Assembly (NCBI GenBank): GCA_044892525.1
Contig: CM097885.1
Coordinates: 4,962,001-5,026,000 of the forward strand
DNA from: Schmidtea polychroa
Lineage: Eukaryota
Length of the DNA: 64,000 bases
Direction: 5' to 3'
Part shown: one piece after another, positions 46,607 through 64,000 of the stretch
Numbering within the stretch: position 1 is the first letter of the stretch
How the letters are laid out: each line of letters starts with the position of its first letter
Made by a program: the position numbers and the translations under genes
The notes under the pieces: generated by a model
The model's input: the letters and a program-made list of their open reading frames with translations, nothing else
Told to the model about the DNA's origin: nothing
Database searches by the model: none

Positions 46607-48060
46607 CAGGGCCGCTCCAAGGTGTGTTGGCGCCGGGGGCCAGCCAATATTTGCCGTCCCTTCCCCAATAAGTAAAAAAAATCTTAAGCAAATGTTGAGG
46701 TCTCACTTTTTCAAACCCCAACTTACTGGTTCTTATATAATTATTTGAAAAAAAAAATCTGTTTAACCAAATTTATTAATAAATAAAATTAACCTTTTAA
46801 TTACAAGAATTTATCCTTTAATCTTTCTCAAAAATTCACTATCCAACGATGCGTGTCATGTATTGTTATTATGTATATCGTGCGGGTTATGTTTTGATTG
46901 CAGACACAATATGTTAGACTTTCTGTACTGTCTTATTTTGAAATCTCGTAGAGATTGCCTCTTCAAGATTCAGGAAAAACCTAAGAAATTTTGGGCGAAT
47001 TTACTGAATTTTTGTGTGGTATATATACTATTTTTTAATAATGTTAAAATAAAATATTTTAATTTCCGGCATATACTCACGGAATATTATATTTATTTTT
47101 TTTATTATCTTTTTTATATCCTGCTAATCTTATAGCAGATGTTATTATTTATTTTATAATAGTAAGCTATTCTTATAGCAGATGTTATTATTTATAATAT
47201 ATTAATTTCCGGCTTGTGCGTACGGAATATATAATATTGTTAAGACATAATTAAATATATTTATAATATTCATTGTACTTTAGACTATAATAATTATAAT
47301 AATTAATTGATATTTTATAATTTTATTCAACCCCCCTTTTATTATAACGTTAAGTGTGTTGATAAAATTCATTAACATATTCACAATACGAAATAAATAA
47401 CCCATGAATAAGATACATAATAAGATAAATCAAATGCAGTCAATAGTCAGTAACGATAAAGAATAAATGTAAGAATATATACATATACAATAAATAAATA
47501 AAATCAATAAAATAATGATTGTCAAAAAAAAAATATATACATTGTTAATTGGATCACAAAGGGTAATTATTTTTTTGGGTTGTATTGGATTGGATTGAAC
47601 TGTTGGGGAATTGAATTGACAGGTATGTTGAAGCTTTAGAGATATGGAGTAGTTTTGCCTATTTCCGTTCTTCGGCGAACACATTAACCCTATATTTGTT
47701 TGGCCCCGTTCTGTAATACTTATCTAGGGTAAATGTAGTGATGGGCCTGCCCTCATCATCTAACACAAATATTTTTCATAATAAAACACAGAAATTATTA
47801 TTTTTCATATATTTGCAAAAAACTTAAAAAAAATAACAACATTTGGAACCATAACAATAATAATATATGTAATAAACAAAAAGCAAAAAAAACATTTTAC
47901 CAACACTAAATTTTACTTAAAAATTAACTTTTCTCACTTTTTTGACTGCAAATCAGTCAAAATTATCACGCGCGCTCAAATGCACATTTGTCGCCCGAAG
48001 CCCTAAGACGTGGCGTCCGTGTGCGGTGCACCCCTAGCACCCCCGCTTGACGCGGCCTTG
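46607..48060. mobile_element. hAT-type non-autonomous element, apparently nested in another MITE starting at ~46530
   Basis: TIR cagggccgc / gcggccttg. TSD ttaactgt/tttactgt. Confidence 0.72.
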
Positions 48061-48369
48061 TTTACTGTAGCGTATTTATATGGTGAAAGAGTGGACAGCA
48101 TACTGTAGCAACAAATATTTTATTAATTTTTTTTATCATTTTTTTTATTATTTGACTATTTTCAATTAATCCAGGGGGCAACAAAACTGCACAGTCTGCA
48201 CTTGCTGTAATGTTGTAGTGTTTCGCAACCTATTTAAGAATTAATTGAATGTCATTAATACTTGATAGATTTTAGATTTTTATTAACTAAAGTCAGTTAA
48301 TCAATTCTTAATAAAAATAAATAAGTAATTAATTAACTTCATTATCTATAAAATAAATTCCTTAAAAGT

Positions 48370-49609
48370 TGGGCATGGATCGGAATAAAAAAGCGGACAT
48401 CAGTATCGCACAGAACCACTTGCTAAAGAAAAAAGTGAGAAAGAACAATACATTGTTTTACAAAACTTGCTTTAAACGAGCAACTCAAAACCTGAAAGTG
48501 ACAATGAGTGTACTTCTAGTTCAAAGGATGGACTGAAAGGTTAAGATAATGCCTATGACACGGAAGGGGAATTTAATGCCCCTGCTACGGAAGTAAAAGT
48601 TGAAGTTTATACTTAAAAAAAATCTAAAATTGTGGAAAATACAGAACAAGACTTGTTTAAAAAAATGATAATAAGTTTGGATATGAAAATGTGAATGTAA
48701 ATGATCCAACAACATGGAATTTAAATTATAAAGATACCAGATCTTTTCTAGTTCCAAGCATTATCTGTTGCTAAATCATAGCACCGACAAATCAATTGTT
48801 TATAACCATTGCGTTTTTGGAATTTGATATTGGAAAAAATAAAAAAAGTCAATTAAGCACTAGAAAAGACCAGAATATTTACCGATCATCGTTGTTAATA
48901 AAAGGACTTGTAAATGACTTTGAAGACCAAAGAACTAACGAAATCTATAAAACTTTTGCCAAAATTGGAAAAACGTGTATTAAAATGAAAATCGAACCAG
49001 TTCAAAAAAGAAAAGCAAACCGAAAACAAATGCCAGGAGAGCATGCTGAACATGAAGGACTTAACTTGTATAAATTCCACATTTCTTGTTTTGCAATCAA
49101 TGATGCAGTTGAAAGACAGATTTTTTTCTCTGAAAAATATAGCAGAAGATTTTAATTTTCTTACTTGCAAAGCGTTTCAATCTTTTGCAATGGAGAATAT
49201 AGAATCTAAAGCTGGTCTATTATCAGTCAAATATCCTGAAATAAATAAAGAGCAATTTATAATTGAAAAAAATGCTTTAAACACCAAATAATTGAACTAT
49301 TGCAAAACAAAAACCCGATGACATGCTTCATTTGGATCTTTTAAATGTTCTTGCTACATGGAAGAAACGTACCCGAATATCGAACGAGCTCTGAAAACAT
49401 TTCTAACAATGACAACCACAGTAGCCAGCGCTGAAAAGAGTTTTAGCAAACTTAAAATTATCAAAAACTACTTGAAATCGACGTCAGGCCACCAACGCAC
49501 ATCATCTCTAGCTCTTCTTTCCGTCGAACGTGGACTTACCATTAAAATAAACTTCAATGAAATAATCACTACTTTTGCAAAAATTAAAGCAAGAAAAGTA
49601 AAGCTTTGA
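48370..49609 (+). pseudogene. Degenerate hAT transposase (ZMYM1-like)
   Basis: Frameshifted fragments ending in YPNIERALKTFLTMTTTVASAEKSFSKLKIIKNYLKST...LALLSVE...FAKIKARK. Confidence 0.85.
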
Positions 49610-50524
49610 GCCTTTGATATAGAACTAGGAGTGTATCAGTGTAGTGTTACTTAAATTTACTTTTAATTGTGAGTTTCTATCTTTATGTATGAGTTAGTGA
49701 GTATGACACATTGACACTATTGTTTTTATTTATAATATATGATACTTCAAGTATTGCTGTAGTCTGCATTAACGCAACATTATTCAGTTTTATCCACCAA
49801 TTTATTTAGTATTATTTAGTAAATAATAGACTGTAAATTAGTATTGTTCCTGTTTTTTGCATTTTTGATATTCACGTTGTATGGCTGTCACTGTCAGTCT
49901 ACGTAATTATTGTCATAAATAAAATGAAAGAAATTCAATTATTTTTTTCTAACAATTGAAACAGTAGCAAAGCTGAAACTTAAAACTCAACGCAAATTTC
50001 ACCACAGAAAAAGAAATTCTCTACAAAAACACTAGTAAACATTTCAAGAGAAAAGGTCACATCAACCGATCCCGTAAGTCAATTTCAATACAATATCAGT
50101 AGAAAGAACGAGAAAGAATATTCAAAGAAATTTTCGAAAAGTCAAGTCAGGAGCAGTTAACAGAAGTCAAAATAACAATGTCACTATTTATTGTTAATAA
50201 ATATGTTGAGGTTAAATTAATTTGTTACCACTTATTTGTCTCAAAGTCAATAAATTTTACTTTTCATTCTACTCATTTCAGGAAATTATTACGTTTTAAA
50301 TTATAGAATTTTAGAAAATAGAATGTTTATGTCCCGAATCGAAGGATCACTCGGGCAAAGATTCCGACTTTATTTGTTTTAATTAATTAAATCGAGTTAA
50401 CAATATTTCAATTTCAGCGAGTTTTTATGTAGATTATGGCTTTAATGCGATGTTGAGAAAGAATGCTGAAAGGGAAATCCAAAATGTTTGTGAGCCAATC
50501 AAGGGAACTTGAATTCGAAGATTA

Positions 50525-51529
50525 TGTTGGGTTATTGGGTTGGTGATAAATTTAAATATTACTCTGACTCCAAACGTGTCTTTATACGATCCACAAATAA
50601 CACTTGACAACAGAAATCTTTGTTGATAATCACAAATAAACTTTCACTATACACTGAAAATCAATTCAACACTCTGCTTGGTGACTATACAATGCTTATT
50701 ACAACACTTGGTGAGGAATAGCACTTGCATATAACACCGAATTAAAAGATCACAATTTACTGATTGGCTTATCAACTGGGACTTTGAGCTAGTTGTCTTC
50801 TTTGACCTTCTTCACAAATTTATTCAAATACTCAAGTAACTTCTTTTCGTTTAATTTTCAACTAATTCTTTTCTTCAAATCTCCAATAATTATTCTTCAC
50901 AATTATTTTCTTTACAATTCTATTCCACAACTCGTTTCTCCAATAACGTTTCGTTCGACGTTGTCTAATTTTTCTCTAATAATTTTATCACTCAAATTAT
51001 CTCTCAAATTATCTTTCAAATTGTCTCTCAAATCGTCTCAATTTCGCGTCACTTTTTGTCTCGCTTTTGTCTCATTTTGTCTCTGCTAGTTTCTCTTTAT
51101 ATAGTTTGCTTATATTGTGGCACTCAAGATAATCAAGTGTTTTCCCACTTTCTTTCTCCTGCCTTCCCCTAATGTTCCATTTTTATTTCTGACGGCTGTC
51201 AAGATAGTTTCCCTTTTTCCTTTTTTGTTCAACCACCTTCTTCGGGCAATTACGTTATGACTGGCAAGCTGTCGAGATAAGAATATTGTTGTTTTCCTTT
51301 TTCCCGATTTCGAAATTCCTTTTCCTTTTTGTACTAATTAATTAGTACTGACCTTGGTTTTTATTTTCTTGTTTAATTTCTTTTGTTTCATTCCTCTTTC
51401 TCATTTCTCATTTCTTTTTACTTCTGTTTTCTTTTCTGGTTCCCCTAGATCGTCCCGATTGTCATGACGATCTTCCCACAGGTAATTTTATTTATTTATT
51501 TATAAATTGTTATTTAGGTATCCTCGACA
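50525..51529 (-). mobile_element. Solo LTR (1005 bp)
   Basis: TGTTGGG...CCTCGACA ends. Perfect 4-bp TSD ATTA. Confidence 0.78.
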
Positions 51530-52363
51530 ATTATAAATGACTATTTGGAATAGCAGGATTAATGATTTTTGAAAAGAGGTTTCAATTTAAATTTTCCTTT
51601 CTCGTTTCCTTTCGTTTAACTTTTATGAAGTTAACATTTATTTTTTTTTAACAATTTTCTGCAAACATATTGATGGTTGGAATAATTTATGCTTCAATTT
51701 TTAAAATTAATAGCATATCAATACAATACATATCAAGTAATCATGAACGAACGGATACCCGGAAATAGTCAGATCTTCTACTGGTGGTCAGGTGAAAAGT
51801 TATATGGACCATTTTGTAGATAATATAAACCAATAGAGCTATATTGGCTTTAAGATAGGAAATAGGAACGGATAAGAATTTAATGATTATTTATTACTAA
51901 CAATCAAAACAAAATATCTATTATTTATAATTATGTTATATTGTATTAATACCATCAGCGCTTTTAATTTAAACATAATAAACATATTTGCATTAGATCC
52001 GATGTAGAAATTCCGTCAGGACGTAGCACACTATACGTCGGAAGCACCTCACCAAGTCGAGAGGGTCGATTCGATGGCCCGAAAATGTTCTAGAAATAAA
52101 GCGAAATGGTTCCAACCGGAAAAGTGAACAAGTTGAATCAAAGGATCAAATCAATTGAGAAATATCGAGTCGAGGATCAAGGGATCTCAAGATCGTGATC
52201 TTAGAACTGGTACAAAAGATCATTGGGCTTCTAGTCGGAATCCACACGGACGCCCTAGTCTGACAGGTGCCGACCTATACGAAGACCGAATTAATTCCGG
52301 CGATTGTAGCGTTCATTTCAAAAATTCTGGGAGTTGCTTCAAATGATAAAAAGCCGTGCATAC

Positions 52364-53315
52364 TGTTAGGTTCAATAGGTAGGTAGTCGAACTAACACAA
52401 AAAATCTGACTCCAAATAATTAATTTAGGCGTGTAGGTAAATCAATAAATAAGAAATATGATTTACAATATTTATTAATGATAAAAATTACACGATTGTT
52501 TATTTATACAAATTGTTCACGCTGCTCTCTGAAGAAAAGAAAACGGTTATGCAAACCGCCCTGAAGAATATTTCTACGAATCAAGGCTGGCCCTAAATGC
52601 GCCAACAGCCCGATATAAGTGAAAGGAAAAAAGATAGGGAAGATCACCAAATCTTACGCTATAGAGTCAACCCAGAATTGGTTAACTCTTTTTCAAATAA
52701 CGATACAACACAAAATTTAGTGATGACGTCATTATATCCCTTATTAATTTAACTTAAATAAATCTTTTATATATATATATTTATACTTTAAAATTACTTA
52801 GAAATTAATAACAAAACTAACTGATCCGAAGAATTTCGTAATAAATAATTCCAAATTATTTGTTAATCAATAATCGTTGATTGACTAAAACTGTTAAATG
52901 ATGATCTGTCCAAATTTGATGTAACTATCTGTCTCTTAATGCGAGCTAATCAGTTTCGATTTTTTGTCGACTTTTGTTTTTGAACTACTTTTACTCTGTA
53001 GTGTCCGATCGTTTTCTCTCGTCCCTTCAATCTAATTTTCATCTGCTATTTATATAATTTTTACTTACCTAATTCTATTAATAGTAATTGTTTAATTACT
53101 ATTTTTATTATATATTTTTAAATAATTTCTATAATTCTATTTTTAGTAATTATTTATTACTAATTATATTTTAGTTTTAATTTTAGTATTTAATTTCTAT
53201 TTTTGGTAATTTTAAAGTACTATTTTTATTTTACTTCATATTCTCGTAATTAATTATTATTTTAATTATTATTTAATTTCGAACCTTCAATTTCGGTTCC
53301 TACTGAACCCCAACA
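52364..53315 (-). mobile_element. Solo LTR (952 bp) with ~16-bp inverted termini
   Basis: tgttaggttcaatagg ... cctactgaaccccaaca. Perfect 4-bp TSD ATAC. Confidence 0.8.
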
Positions 53316-54606
53316 ATACCAAGGTTTCAAAAGTTTAAATGAAGAAAATTCCGAGAACTGAAAATGAATTGGAACTATGAACAGAAAAAAATCAAAAAAC
53401 ATTACTTTTACTGTTCTTTATTTTATTGCCTACATAAATTTGTAAAGACGGTATCATTTAGGAATCAGTCGTATTAAAGTCAATAATAAATAAACGTGAA
53501 TTAAAAGAAAATGTTGAATCAGTTTTTCATTTGGATTCCAAGAGATTTATAGTCTTGAGCCTACAATGAACTTGAGTTAACTATAAAATAATAGCGACTC
53601 TATAAAAACAATACCTGTTTAATGTAAATAACTCTAATAAAATATGTTAACATAATTGTCGATGATTCGACGGAAAGCATTTATCATACTATTTTTTATT
53701 TTCGAAATCATTGAAACTCATTTTTGTGAAAGATTTTAACAAAGAAGTCTAAAGTAGATGGCAAAAACTAAGAAATTAAGTAAAATCTAAAACGATGAAG
53801 GAGCAAGAGAAAATGGGGCGCAATACCTTTTATGTCATTCATTAGCAGCTTTTATTACAGAGCTCACCTTTTGCCGACAGCCGCCCGCTTAATCGCAGTA
53901 CCAAAGTCTCTTGCGACGGGTGTTTAGCGGCCAATTAAAATAATTATGCGCGGTTCCTAGGGGGACGTGAAAATAGCTAAATTGTTGGATAGGTTAACAT
54001 CCAGAAGTAAAGATTCTCCCCACACGTAACCCACCACATCGGTAATTTATTTTTCCTTTCTATATCATTCCGATTCGTTGAATGCTAAATATTTTACTCG
54101 AGGAATTTTGAAAAAATTCCTACTTTTCATGAAGAACAAACGTTAATTATGAGGAAAGCCATTACTGGAAACTACCAACTCTGTTAATAAACTTATAGCC
54201 GTGAGCCCTAAATATCTAGGACCTGCACTTGATAAATGCAATTTCTAAATTAATCATAATATTTAAGTTTACTTTCGATAAATGGTGAAATTAGAAATTC
54301 AAATATTTGATGACACAAAAAATTTATAATTTTTTAATCCCAAATAATTTCATGGAACAAAATTAATTATGAAATAATATAATTTATCTATAATAATGTT
54401 AATTTTATTGAATTGTAACATTAATATTAAAATTAGTAATTAAATTTTCAATCAATCACAACTTCATTAGATATTTAAAATTATCATTAAATAAATCATA
54501 AATATTTTTGATTGTTTAATCGTAGTAAATTATTTAATGAATCAATAATTTTTTATCTATTTTATTAAATAATTATTTTTGCTTGGGTTTTTTTTGGACC
54601 CGTTAT

Positions 54607-63282
<8,676 letters not shown>

Positions 63283-64000
63283 GTGAGTAGTATGAAATAT
63301 ATTGATGTGATCAATGATTGCTCTATTATTTATTACCATTTTGCATGACCATATTATGAAGTGACTGCTTATTTCATAGACACTTGACATCCGATCCACA
63401 CTATTGAATTCATCCGCAGTGAGAATAATTATGTGATGGCAATGCTCAATTAGCTGTAAATGTGACTATGGGGGGGTCTTTGTATCTATCAGTTCTGTGC
63501 TGCCATATCCGCTGGATTATGACCATTTGTCATGCGATTCATGATTTATTTCCCCATTAACCACCAAGGGCTCATTTATTAATTGAATAATACTATATAA
63601 AAGCAAGAGTGTTACATTGGGAAATTGTCAGCTATTCAAATCTATCGAAAACTCTAAATCTGAAAACAAAATCATATTGCTTACATCAGTAATCACATAA
63701 TGCTAATAGATTTGGTGAAGGGGGTGTCAATTTAACCGTTATCATCAATTTCTAAGATTACAGCTTAAGAAATGCATAGAAATATTGAGAATGCGCGATA
63801 GGAAACATGAGAGGAATGCTTAATTTTTGGGCCCTAAATTGGAAGCAATAAATCATTGTTTATTTTTCATTCCCAAATTTTAGTGGATTTTCAGTATTCT
63901 CCTTCACTGGATTTTCCCTATATTCAATGCAATCCTGGAAGTAGATTTTAATGGAATCATGAAGGTGTCCATCAGTCATTTGACAAAATTTATTTATTCT

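Noticed and set aside
47680..47735. ttaaccct...agggtaaa mini piggyBac-like ends
   Set aside because: Too short, and the right-hand TTAA is imperfect.

Overview
Eukaryotic, very AT-rich genomic DNA with many ~50-bp GT-AG introns, long (AAT)n tracts and dense transposon debris. The style and the Dishevelled sequence suggest a planarian or other flatworm (inference). Genes in order: BRAP/BRAP2 (+); a probable two-exon C2H2 zinc-finger gene with an array of PxDLS-like (CtBP-type) motifs (+); TSEN34 (+); EFCAB2/DRC8 (-), with a TE-filled last intron; a decayed full-length 4.7-kb Ty3/gypsy element with 155-bp AGT..ACT LTRs and a -1 frameshift signal (-); a 13-coding-exon gene encoding a myosin-II/XVIII-like neck (two IQ-like motifs plus head-rod proline) and coiled-coil rod with no visible motor domain (-); TVP23 (-); an intronless, N-terminally short, divergent ABCF3-like ATPase (+); and the 5' part of Dishevelled (+). 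There are also several solo LTRs with 4-bp TSDs, many hAT-type MITEs with 8-bp TSDs, hAT transposase and non-LTR RT relics, and a small dispersed hairpin family. The strongest novelty candidate is the apparently stand-alone headless myosin gene. All exon boundaries and family assignments were read by eye, with no database searches.
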